Positions 1 through 7,784 are shown, numbered from the stretch's first letter. The stretch is DNA of 64,000 bases from an uncultured bacterium (GCA_964445745.1 CAYULU010000005.1:211-64210), one strand, 5' to 3'. Notes: a model not told the origin generated them from the letters alone. A program made the numbers and translations.

Positions 1-498
1 AACATACGCTACTACACCAGCGGATTTCTTGAAAACGTGCCCCTTCGCACACTGAAATTGCGTCCTCTTTATAAGTCCGCCATATGGTCCAATCATGGTA
101 AGCCCGGTTCCTTCCAACTGCTTTATCATCCATTCTCGGTTTCTTACTGATGTTAATGGTGCTTTCGGAGCTCGTATGCCAGCTTTCTTTGCTGCGTCCA
201 AACCTGCCTCTACATATTCCCATTCTAGATTAACAACTTCAACTCCTCCTAAAAACGGAATGTCTGCCAAAGGCGTTGCTCCCCAAAAAGCAGCTTCGGC
301 TAAATAGGGATCAGGAACCTCAATGTATGTCTTGAGTTTCCATTTCTGCCCGGTTTCTTTGACAACCTTGCCAGCATGTTCCTCGTAATTTCTATTATGC
401 TGAGCCAGCCTTTTTTCCGGCTTAAGAACGGTTACTCCAATCTTTACCAGATTGGGGTCAGAGGGGTGCACCAATACATATAGATAGCCTGGCTTCAT
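1..498 (-). CDS. GIY-YIG/T5orf172-like domain protein; C-terminal part lies outside the window, 166 N-terminal codons present
   Basis: My own minus-strand translation from the ATG at 498-496 gives MKPGYLYVLVHPSDPNLVKIGVTVLKPEKRLAQHNRNYEEHAGK...QFQCAKGHVFKK. The frame stays open to position 1, so it is absent from the ORF track (no stop in the window). The N-terminal GYLYV..KIG.T...R..QHN pattern is typical of T5orf172/GIY-YIG-superfamily modules. Confidence 0.55.
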   Translation of the reverse strand, partial: MKPGYLYVLVHPSDPNLVKIGVTVLKPEKRLAQHNRNYEEHAGKVVKETGQKWKLKTYIEVPDPYLAEAAFWGATPLADIPFLGGVEVVNLEWEYVEAGLDAAKKAGIRAPKAPLTSVRNREWMIKQLEGTGLTMIGPYGGLIKRTQFQCAKGHVFKKSAGVVAYV

Positions 499-534
499 CT
501 CGCTCTTTAATACCTTGCCGAATTAAGAGGAACT

Positions 535-608
535 CGCGCCCGGCAGGAATCGAACCTGCAACCCTTTGCTCCGAAGGCAAATGCTCTATCCAATTGAGCT
601 ACGGGCGC
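535..608 (-). tRNA. tRNA-Arg (anticodon TCG)
   Basis: The reverse complement folds by hand as a 74-nt cloverleaf: GCGCCCG TA GCTC AATTGGATA GAGC A TTTGC CTTCGGA GCAAA GGGTT GCAGG TTCGATT CCTGC CGGGCGC G. CCA is not encoded. Confidence 0.9.
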
Positions 609-610
609 AT
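570..610. repeat. att-type direct repeat, copy 1 (inside the intact tRNA-Arg; covers the tRNA 5' end through the anticodon loop plus 2 nt upstream)
   Basis: The 41 bp tccgaaggcaaatgctctatccaattgagctacgggcgcat recur at 6247-6287 with one mismatch (a580 versus g6257). Confidence 0.8.
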
Positions 611-667
611 AATAAAATTTGGCAATAATTATAGAGTAGAAGCGGGAGAAAGACAGATAAATTCTGT

Positions 668-1747
668 TTAATTACAGGAGGCAGGTTCAGGAACTTCAGG
701 AGCAGTCTGGACGGCCTTTTTATTGACCTCTGGGTTCGAAGTAGGTTCGCATGTGAGAATGGCATCAAGAGACTTAACGGCATTCACCTGAAGCTTTTTT
801 GAAGTATGGGCATAGATCATAGTGGTTTTTATATCTGAATGACCGAGAATCTCCTTTATTGTGATCAGGTCCGTGCCTTGTATGTTCAATTGTGTGGCGC
901 AGGTATGCCTCAAATCATGGAAGCGGAAATCCTTAATCCCTGCGGCTTTCAATGCGGCCATAAAACGTCGTCTAACGTCCCTCCACGGATCTCCGTTTCG
1001 ATTGATAAAGACGTAAGGGCAATCAGGCTGTTTGCGAATACTCATCAAGGCCTGCCGGGCCTGCTCATTCATCGGGACTTCTCTTTTCTTTCCGCTTTTG
1101 GTAACGAGTAAATGGATGATGCCTTGCTTGAAGTCGATATCTTGCCATTTCAAATTAAGCAATTCGCCTCTTCTCATTCCAGTACATATTGCAATGATAA
1201 TGAGAGGTTTAATTTCATCTGGTGCACTTTGAATCAGCTTCACAATTTCTTCCTTATCAAGAAATCTGATCTTGTGGTTTTCTTCCTTGAAGAAATTGAC
1301 ATCATTAACCGGATTTGTGCCATCAAACTCTTTCCACTTGATGGCCTTGTTGAAGATGGCCTTGAGGCAGGTCAACGCTCTGTTGGCTGTGGCAGGGCAA
1401 ACCTTTTCCTTGAGCCGTTCAGCCTTGAACCGTTCGATCATTACTGGCGTAATCTCATGCAGGTACTTACCAGCAAAATGTCTCTTCAAGATTTCTACCT
1501 GACCAACAGCCGCAATGGATCGGTGGTTGACCTTGCAGTGGAGGTTAAGATATCGATCCGCAAAATCCTCAAAGCGAACCTGCTTGGTTTTTTTGACATC
1601 CAAGAACCTGTTCTCGGCTATCTCGGTCTGGATCTTCGCCCAAGCACTGTCTGCAAGGGCTTTGTATGGTCCTACCTTCTTGCGGTATCTGTGGCCATTG
1701 AAGCGGTAATCGAGCCTGTAATAGCCATTTTTGTAAACAACACCCAT
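668..1747 (-). CDS. int: Tyrosine recombinase / phage-type integrase
   Basis: 359 aa. Catalytic motifs are visible: TGMRRGEL (Arg), HDLRHTCAT (His-x-x-Arg) and GHSDIKTTMIYAH (His, Tyr). It lies adjacent to the tRNA-Arg. Confidence 0.9.
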   Translation of the reverse strand: MGVVYKNGYYRLDYRFNGHRYRKKVGPYKALADSAWAKIQTEIAENRFLDVKKTKQVRFEDFADRYLNLHCKVNHRSIAAVGQVEILKRHFAGKYLHEITPVMIERFKAERLKEKVCPATANRALTCLKAIFNKAIKWKEFDGTNPVNDVNFFKEENHKIRFLDKEEIVKLIQSAPDEIKPLIIIAICTGMRRGELLNLKWQDIDFKQGIIHLLVTKSGKKREVPMNEQARQALMSIRKQPDCPYVFINRNGDPWRDVRRRFMAALKAAGIKDFRFHDLRHTCATQLNIQGTDLITIKEILGHSDIKTTMIYAHTSKKLQVNAVKSLDAILTCEPTSNPEVNKKAVQTAPEVPEPASCN

Positions 1748-1782
1748 AAGGACCTCCTTTCTCTTGCCTTTAAGGCAAAGGA

Positions 1783-2034
1783 TTATATGAGACTGTTTTT
1801 CTCATCTAAATGAAAACCTTGAGAAACCGGAACGGCTTGTTTTTTGGTCCACACCTCGATTTGTCGAAGGTCAAACCTGACCGCCCTTCCAAAGCGGTAG
1901 CAGGGTATCTTACCCATATGAACCCATGCCCGGATGGTGGGCTCCGACAGGCACAGATACACTGCCACCTCCTTGGAGGTCAGGAACCTCTTATAGGGCT
2001 CCTTTTTGCTGTCAATACTGTCAATGGTGTCCAT
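1783..2034 (-). CDS. Excisionase/AlpA-like helix-turn-helix DNA-binding protein
   Basis: 83 aa. LTSKEVAVYLCLSEPTIRAWVHMGKIPCYRFGRAVRFDLRQIEVW matches the excisionase-family HTH pattern. It is located directly upstream of int on the same strand. Confidence 0.7.
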   Translation of the reverse strand: MDTIDSIDSKKEPYKRFLTSKEVAVYLCLSEPTIRAWVHMGKIPCYRFGRAVRFDLRQIEVWTKKQAVPVSQGFHLDEKNSLI

Positions 2035-2064
2035 TGGCGTAGACCAGAAGTGACAGAATTGACA

Positions 2065-3468
2065 CTAATTAGGGGTGGGGTATCCAAACCTTTCTTGGGT
2101 TAATGCAATGCTTTCAGAACTGACCCATCTACCTCTTTGGATTTTTGCACCAATCACAACTCGATCTTCCTTTCCAATTTGAAGATGCTCAAGCATTCGG
2201 CCAACACTCTGCTTAGAAAGATATGGCGGGATTGTTGCATTCACATCAGGATTTCTATCAACCCCTATTTCTTCAAGATAGGCTTTGTAGATGCTCTCGA
2301 AGGAATAAAACCGTTCATCGCCGGCCACCTTCTGAGCATCATCTTCTGAGAGACTGCCTACAACAGAAAATAGTCTGTAGAGATTGTCATTCTCAAAAGA
2401 TAGTTCTTTGTTTTCTTTGATCTTCTCCTTGGCCAATTGAAGCATTTCAGCAAAGCAGTCCTTGCCTAGCAAATGGGCCATAGCCAAAATGGGAAGCCAG
2501 TTAGACTGGTCATAGCCATAAATGCCCAGGTCCATTTTCTTTATGGTCTTCTTTGCCTCACGAACTTCCTTCCAATGATTCATAAGGTAAACATAGAGCT
2601 TGTCCCTCAGTATTGTGATTTTGGAAGATTGAGGGTTTACTTCTCTTTGCGCTTGTTTCTTTTGAGAGGGTGTTAAAATCAGCTTGATCGAACGGTTCAG
2701 TAATGCTGTTTCCTTGATCCCTCGAATATTGGCTATCATCTTGGGAGAATAAAGCTGGAACTCATCATGGACAAAACTGTTGTCCTTCAACTGCTTCATC
2801 CGGATTACACTTGCCCCCGGCTTATACCCACCCAATAAAAAATTTATCTGACTACAGTGGTCGCCGAATCCTGAGATTCTTTCATTTTCATCCAAAATAA
2901 GAACCCCCCTAGAGGCATGGATCATTCGGAACAAACCAGAATCTGATATGTTCGCCATTAGTTTTCCATTGAAGCATATAGGAGCTGCCAATTCTCCAGT
3001 CTTTGATTTTCCAGAGCCGGAAGACCCATTCAGAAAAATAATGGGGTATCCTTTAAACAATGGGAAAAAATAGGTCCCTATAATCCACAGAGGGATAAGT
3101 GTGTATAATCGACTATCTGCATAATCCAGGTAGTGCTTATACAAATCCTCTAACTCGTTGAAAACTTCCTTGAGAGTAAAATCTTCGTTCGAATTCAACC
3201 AAGTGTTAATACTGTCTCTGCTCCATCTGCCCTCAACATACACACCGGAAATTTCAGAAAGCAACCCACGCTCTTCCAATGCTTCCTTGCTAAGAACAAA
3301 ATGGTCTTTGTCGCTAACAATAACCCAATATTTTTTCCCTATTCCTTCTGCTGTTTTTGTGTGCAAACTTGCAGTCACATACGCCTTTCCACCTTTAAAA
3401 TCCAATGCCGGATGGAAATCCTTAACTTCCCCCTCAAAAATTTCTGCTTCTGCTTTATGGCTTTTCAT
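2065..3468 (-). CDS. P-loop NTPase, replication/mobilisation-type protein of integrative elements (family not resolved)
   Basis: 467 aa. Walker A is LNGSSGSGKSKTGE and the Walker B-like motif is GVLILDENE. Its position after xis/int is typical of element replication or primase-helicase-type proteins. Confidence 0.55.
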   Translation of the reverse strand: MKSHKAEAEIFEGEVKDFHPALDFKGGKAYVTASLHTKTAEGIGKKYWVIVSDKDHFVLSKEALEERGLLSEISGVYVEGRWSRDSINTWLNSNEDFTLKEVFNELEDLYKHYLDYADSRLYTLIPLWIIGTYFFPLFKGYPIIFLNGSSGSGKSKTGELAAPICFNGKLMANISDSGLFRMIHASRGVLILDENERISGFGDHCSQINFLLGGYKPGASVIRMKQLKDNSFVHDEFQLYSPKMIANIRGIKETALLNRSIKLILTPSQKKQAQREVNPQSSKITILRDKLYVYLMNHWKEVREAKKTIKKMDLGIYGYDQSNWLPILAMAHLLGKDCFAEMLQLAKEKIKENKELSFENDNLYRLFSVVGSLSEDDAQKVAGDERFYSFESIYKAYLEEIGVDRNPDVNATIPPYLSKQSVGRMLEHLQIGKEDRVVIGAKIQRGRWVSSESIALTQERFGYPTPN

Positions 3469-4018
3469 ATCTACCCCCTCAGAGTTGTTGAAAGTTGGAC
3501 TGCGAATTTCAACAAAAAAGGCCCTATCGGGATGATGGTTCCCAATAAGGCCTAAAAATACAAAAGGAGAGCCGAGATGGGTATCATCCCGTGTGTCACT
3601 CTCCTTTCTCTGAGTTTTAAAGAACTTTCGTCTTGGTAGGAATTATTTCTCCTGAATCACATTTCGTTCAGGCGACGTTTTCTGTAAGTTCTTCGACACT
3701 AAACTTTGTTAAGTTTTTAAAGAGCATTTGTTTGTTGTGGTAACAATTATAACATGGGGTCATATATGACCAGTCAAGGGCTTTTTGAAATAAAACTTAA
3801 AATTTTTTTGGCAATGGTGGTTTAAAGCAGAGTGTTTTTGGCCGTTAGACGGCTGCGTATGCCAGCCTTGAGGGTGGAATGGGATAATCTGCCTGTATGT
3901 GGTTTTCGCTGGCTATAACTGGTCTTTTTGTAAAAAGAAGAGCTGGAATTGCCTTTCTTTTACCGTTTTTGGGCAAACAAGCCTTTTTTATCCCGTTTTT
4001 GGGGATAGCAATAGCCCT

Positions 4019-4351
4019 TTAATGGCCCATATTTAACTTAACATTTCCACCATAATCCTCGGGTCTGCCATAGAAGGAAAGCTTATCATTATCAAATACA
4101 ACCAGATAATAGATCTCATCGTTCCATCCTTGGGCATGAACTGAGAGGCGGTCTACTACCACGTAATTCCAAACTTCACGGATAACATTGTTCTCTTTAG
4201 AAACGGAAGCCTTTCTTAAATTTTTTTCCCCAAGAATCCTAAAGACTTCTGCCTTAGGCATATCTATTTGAACCTGATCAAGATTACCTCTAGACATGGA
4301 TGCGCAACCACTTAACCCAAAACATAACAATAAAACTATTAGATTTTTCAC
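4019..4351 (-). CDS. Small lipoprotein, BamE/SmpA-OmlA-like
   Basis: 110 aa. The signal peptide carries a lipobox (LLLCFGLSGC). The mature part begins with the ..MPKAEVFRILGE.. pattern seen in BamE-like lipoproteins. Confidence 0.55.
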   Translation of the reverse strand: MKNLIVLLLCFGLSGCASMSRGNLDQVQIDMPKAEVFRILGEKNLRKASVSKENNVIREVWNYVVVDRLSVHAQGWNDEIYYLVVFDNDKLSFYGRPEDYGGNVKLNMGH

Positions 4352-4363
4352 GTGGCCTCCTTT

Positions 4364-4753
4364 TTAAAAACCGCCTTCCCAAGACTCCTTTTCCCAGTCA
4401 ATTGCCTTCAAATGTTTTTGTGCTTCGATATAGGGATCTGCATCAGTTTCTTGAAGCCATACCAAATTTAAGTAATTTCCACAGAATGGACAACACGTTC
4501 CAATGTGTGCATAAACGACATCTTCCGGGAGAGGTTCCTTAAGGTCTAATTCCGTTATACCTATCATGTGAACCGGCCTATCATTCCCGAAATACCTTCT
4601 GCAATGTTCCGGAATTCTTCTTTCAATGATATTTTTTTTGGCAACAATTCCTCCACAAGGAGAGCCGTCGTGTGTGCCCTCTATATGAATGTTAAAAATA
4701 TAAATACTTTCACCTTTATGGCTGCCAATAAGCTTACGCATTTTCGTTACCAC
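4364..4753 (-). CDS. Hypothetical Cys/His-rich protein (island cargo)
   Basis: 129 aa ORF. It overlaps the upstream gene by 20 nt, which implies an operon. It contains SPCGG...HC...CCPFCG, a possible zinc-binding arrangement. I recognise no family. Confidence 0.45.
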   Translation of the reverse strand: MVTKMRKLIGSHKGESIYIFNIHIEGTHDGSPCGGIVAKKNIIERRIPEHCRRYFGNDRPVHMIGITELDLKEPLPEDVVYAHIGTCCPFCGNYLNLVWLQETDADPYIEAQKHLKAIDWEKESWEGGF

Positions 4754-5237
4754 CCCTTACCTCTTTAAACTGCTCTTTTGTTTGGCCAATGATTTCAACG
4801 GCATTCGTTCCACCAGATAAGCATAAAGCTTTAAAGTCGTACTCCTTGAGATTGTTTTTTGCTTTCCAAGCCAAAAATTCTTCATGAGAGGCGGGATGAA
4901 GAGGTGAATTCCCATTCAAGCTTATCAAAGGGGTCTGTGGTTCGATTTCTTTTAGATAGGCTGTCGCATCTTCTTTTTTAAAAAAATGGGCAACGTGAAA
5001 AAGAGGATAACGAGTGCAATTTCTGTAGAATGCAACGCACCAGATGTGATCATCTGGAGGGTGCTCATGGTAAATCGTTGTCCAAATTACACCATTTTCA
5101 TCAGGCTTGGTTTTAACCGTTGCCGGACAAAGGCATAAAAGAGAAAGGCGATCGTCATAATATTCCTGCCCTCGGAAACAGATTGTCCGCCTCCTGTTAC
5201 CATCCCCAGATATGTTTTCTTCTCGTGATTTTAGCAA
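4734..5237 (-). CDS. Hypothetical protein (island cargo)
   Basis: 167 aa ORF on the same strand, overlapping the downstream gene. I recognise no family. Confidence 0.45.
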   Translation of the reverse strand: MLKSREENISGDGNRRRTICFRGQEYYDDRLSLLCLCPATVKTKPDENGVIWTTIYHEHPPDDHIWCVAFYRNCTRYPLFHVAHFFKKEDATAYLKEIEPQTPLISLNGNSPLHPASHEEFLAWKAKNNLKEYDFKALCLSGGTNAVEIIGQTKEQFKEVRGGNENA

Positions 5238-5272
5238 ATAGCCTTTTTTATCCAGTTTTTAGGGATAAATCC

Positions 5273-5740
5273 TTATTGATTTTTCTCGCCTTCCTTCAAA
5301 AAATCTTCCACAGAAACAGACTCACTTTTTTCTATAGCCGCTTTATGAGCAGATAGGGCGGCAATCCGTCCTTTTTCGAGTTTTGCCTCATAGAACAAAG
5401 AAGCTACCGTTGCCCAAAAACCAACCCCACCACTCAAAAGTTCCTTTTCTCTCGGATCTTCTTCTTTCCAATCTTTCATCTTTTTTTTCATCTTCCCATA
5501 CTCCAAGGGGCTAGAGGCGAAAGACACCTTCGCAATTCTGGCTATGCCTTTTTCCTCCTTACCTATTCGGTCCTCATCCTCCACAGCCCAAACGTTCCCG
5601 GTTATACTGTTATATTTGTGCGACAAAACTCCTCCTGCGGTAACCGTGTATTGCCATTTTGGGGCTACCACATAGAACACTACTCCGGCAAATAGAATCA
5701 GAGACGCTCCCAAGATAAACCGTTTTACCCATTCATTCAT
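5273..5740 (-). CDS. Hypothetical membrane-anchored protein (island cargo)
   Basis: The ORF track gives 5273-5770 with a GTG start. The internal ATG at 5740 is preceded by aaaaagggag (an RBS) and yields MNEWVKRFILGASLILFAGVVFYVV, an N-terminal TM helix. Confidence 0.5.
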   Translation of the reverse strand: MNEWVKRFILGASLILFAGVVFYVVAPKWQYTVTAGGVLSHKYNSITGNVWAVEDEDRIGKEEKGIARIAKVSFASSPLEYGKMKKKMKDWKEEDPREKELLSGGVGFWATVASLFYEAKLEKGRIAALSAHKAAIEKSESVSVEDFLKEGEKNQ

Positions 5741-5847
5741 GATGGCTCCCTTTTTTGAGAATTCTATCACCGCCTATAATCGGCGTAAATGAAAACACCG
5801 ACCATCTGCGGTGTTAAGAAAAGGCCATAAACCCCACAATATGGCCC

Positions 5848-6060
5848 ATGGCAGATATCAATCGACAGTTCGGAAAGAGGTTGAGGCAATTAAGGTTGAA
5901 GCATAAGCTTACCCAGGAACAATTAGCCCAGCTTTCTGAAGTGGATTACAAATACATCCAGCGCCTTGAGGGAAGTACGCCTTCTTCTCCTACCCTAAAT
6001 ATCCTCGAAAAGATTTCCAAGGTCTTCAAACTCAGTATTTCCAAGCTACTGGACCTCTAA
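5848..6060 (+). CDS. XRE/Cro-CI family helix-turn-helix transcriptional regulator
   Basis: 70 aa. FGKRLRQLRLKHKLTQEQLAQLSEVDYKYIQRLEG is the classic HTH_3 pattern. It is divergent from the cargo operon. Confidence 0.8.
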   Translation: MADINRQFGKRLRQLRLKHKLTQEQLAQLSEVDYKYIQRLEGSTPSSPTLNILEKISKVFKLSISKLLDL

Positions 6061-6246
6061 TAACTCCTATCCTTTGAGGCCGGATAATACCCTTCGTGTC
6101 CAATAAGTGTCCAAAACGGAGGTGCGATCAAATCTCTGCATCACACACCATATCACTCAATATCAAAGGCTCGCTAGGAGGCAATAAGGGGTGGAAAAGC
6201 GATTTGCGAGGAATTACAATGGGTTAGGAATTTTCGATTCGAAGTA

Positions 6247-6287
6247 TCCGAAGGCAGATGCTCTATCCAATTGAGCTACGGGCGCAT
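6247..6287. repeat. att-type direct repeat, copy 2 (orphan copy of the tRNA-Arg 5' half)
   Basis: 40/41 identical to 570-610. The sequence to its left (6225-6246) cannot complete an anticodon stem, T-arm or acceptor stem, so this is a fragment and not a tRNA. Confidence 0.8.
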
Positions 6288-6426
6288 TTTAAATTTTCAG
6301 ATCTTCATTGAAATGGAATCTTCTAAGTAGCCGTCAGAAATTATGATGAGGAAAACTCACTACCCGCTGGTACCTAGGATGGAGATCGTATCCTGAAACT
6401 TCACTTTAAGGCAAGAAAGAATTTTT

Positions 6427-7254
6427 GTGAATTTTTTTAAAAACAAATACACAGTTATCTTGAGCCTTATTTTTTTTATTTGCGGATGTGCCACAACGGC
6501 GGAGCGGGGGATTGACGTGGAGGCGGCGAGTCAGGGTCCGTCGAATTATGATGAGTATGCCGTGGGGGCGAAAATTCATCAGGAGATCCTCTCGCGGTTT
6601 CATCCTTACACGGATCCCAAAGTTGTGAAGTATGTGAGCCATGTTGGGACGAACCTGGCAGCTCATGCCAGCCGGAAAGACCTTCGCTATCAATATACCA
6701 TTCTCTATGATGAGAAGATTTATGCGACATCAGCGCCCGGCGGACACATCTATGTGACGACCGGAATGCTCAATTTCTTGCAAAATGAGGCGGAGCTTGC
6801 CGCTATTCTTGCGCATGAGATCGGAAGGCTTCAATACAAGGATCCTCGGTTTACGCAAACCGATGATGTGCTGAATGTTGCCACGCAGGCAGGTTCCCAG
6901 ATTGCGCCGATGTTTGGTCCTGTCGGATCGCTTGCCGCTCTTGGGCTCGTCTTGCTCAAGGCGTATGTTGACAGTACGCAGTTGACGCCTGATGAATTGC
7001 TTATCGAAAGTGACCGGCGGGCGATGGATTATTTGCTTAAATCGGGTTATGACCCCCAGTCGCTGATGGATACCCTCGAATATTTTTTACGGGCAGGGGA
7101 GAAATCTGTGCCGCTATTTTATGATTATTATCAATCACGGCCGATTACGGAATCGAGAGTTTTGGCCGTCCGTAAAGGATTTCAAAAACTTCCGCTTTCT
7201 GATAAAGAGCTCAAAACTCGACCGCTCGAATACCAAGAGGTAACAAAAGGGTGA
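6427..7254 (+). CDS. M48-family (BepA/Ste24-like) peptidase homologue, lipoprotein, with a degenerate HExxH motif
   Basis: 275 aa. The lipobox is LIFFICGC. The M48-like core is GGHIYVTTGMLNFLQNEAELAAILAHEIGRLQYKD. The motif reads H-E-I-G-R (codons 6814-6828), with Arg where the second zinc-binding His is expected. Confidence 0.65.
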   Translation: MNFFKNKYTVILSLIFFICGCATTAERGIDVEAASQGPSNYDEYAVGAKIHQEILSRFHPYTDPKVVKYVSHVGTNLAAHASRKDLRYQYTILYDEKIYATSAPGGHIYVTTGMLNFLQNEAELAAILAHEIGRLQYKDPRFTQTDDVLNVATQAGSQIAPMFGPVGSLAALGLVLLKAYVDSTQLTPDELLIESDRRAMDYLLKSGYDPQSLMDTLEYFLRAGEKSVPLFYDYYQSRPITESRVLAVRKGFQKLPLSDKELKTRPLEYQEVTKG

Positions 7255-7288
7255 GAGAGATTTACAAGAAAGCATACTAAAAAACTGA

Positions 7289-7351
7289 TGCGGCTAGAGG
7301 GAGTTGAACCCCACCCCTTGCGGGACAAGATCCTAAGCCTTGCGTGTCTGC
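7289..7351 (-). pseudogene. tRNA-Leu(TAG)-like fragment lacking the 5' acceptor arm and a proper D-arm
   Basis: The reverse complement GCAGACACGCAAGGCTTAGGATCTTGTCCCGCAAGGGGTGGGGTTCAACTCCCTCTAGCCGCA parallels the intact tRNA-Leu from the D-loop to the 3' end. No sequence able to pair with TAGCCGC exists upstream, and the T-stem has lost one G. Confidence 0.5.
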
Positions 7352-7379
7352 ACTGGTTCCAAAGAATTTTTGAATTCAC

Positions 7380-7461
7380 TGCGGCCGGAGGGACTTGAAC
7401 CCCCATCCCTTACGGGACAAGATCCTAAGTCTTGCGCGTCTGCCAATTTCGCCACGGCCGC
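7380..7461 (-). tRNA. tRNA-Leu (anticodon TAG), class II with long variable arm
   Basis: Reverse complement: GCGGCCG TG GCG AAATTGGCAGA CGC G CAAGA CTTAGGA TCTTG TCCCGTAAGGGAT GGGGG TTCAAGT CCCTC CGGCCGC A. Confidence 0.9.
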
Positions 7462-7711
7462 AATGAATTCGAAAACTGGCTTTTTAATAGTATAAGAAAT
7501 CAGTGCAGTTTTGGCCTCAATTATTTTTTAATTATGGCAGGACTGCCAGTTTCGCCATAGCCGCATAATTGTTTAAAAATTTCAGTACCCAAAAACGATA
7601 TTGTTCCATCTTTCAAAACATGGAGATCGCGGCCGATTTTACCATGGCCGAATATTTTTAGTGTTGGTTGTTTCCCTGCTTCAATGCCGGGGGGCCATTA
7701 CGAATAAAAAA

Positions 7712-7784
7712 ATGCGCCCTGAAGGACTTGAACCTTCGACCCAGTGATTAAGAGTCACTTGCTCTACCAACTGAGCTAAGGGCG
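7712..7784 (-). tRNA. tRNA-Lys (anticodon CTT)
   Basis: Reverse complement: GCGCCCT TA GCTC AGTTGGTA GAGC A AGTGA CTCTTAA TCACT GGGTC GAAGG TTCAAGT CCTTC AGGGCGC A. Confidence 0.9.

Larger units (their letters stand above)
570..6287. mobile_element. Small tRNA-Arg-associated integrative element of about 5.7 kb (integrase, excisionase-like HTH, P-loop replication-type ATPase, 4 unknown cargo genes, XRE regulator)
   Basis: Bounded by 41-bp direct repeats (40/41 identical). The integrase gene lies next to the intact tRNA. The region is visibly more A+T-rich than sequence to the right of 6.4 kb. No virion structural genes are present. Confidence 0.75.

Noticed and set aside
95-307. A 70-aa plus-strand ORF at the left edge.
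   Set aside because: It is antisense to the open minus-strand reading frame (1-498), which has a coherent GIY-YIG/T5orf172-like N-terminus and an ATG start. Its own translation is A/S/P-rich with no motifs.
570-6287. The island considered as a prophage.
   Set aside because: It has no capsid, tail, terminase or lysis genes, and at about 5.7 kb it is too small. It is better described as a minimal integrative (possibly replicative) element.
7631-7650. A second upstream remnant of the tRNA-Leu 5' end (ccgattttaccatggccg).
   Set aside because: The similarity to the tRNA is weak, with roughly two-thirds of positions matching by eye, and could be chance. It is mentioned only as a possibility within the tRNA-Leu finding.
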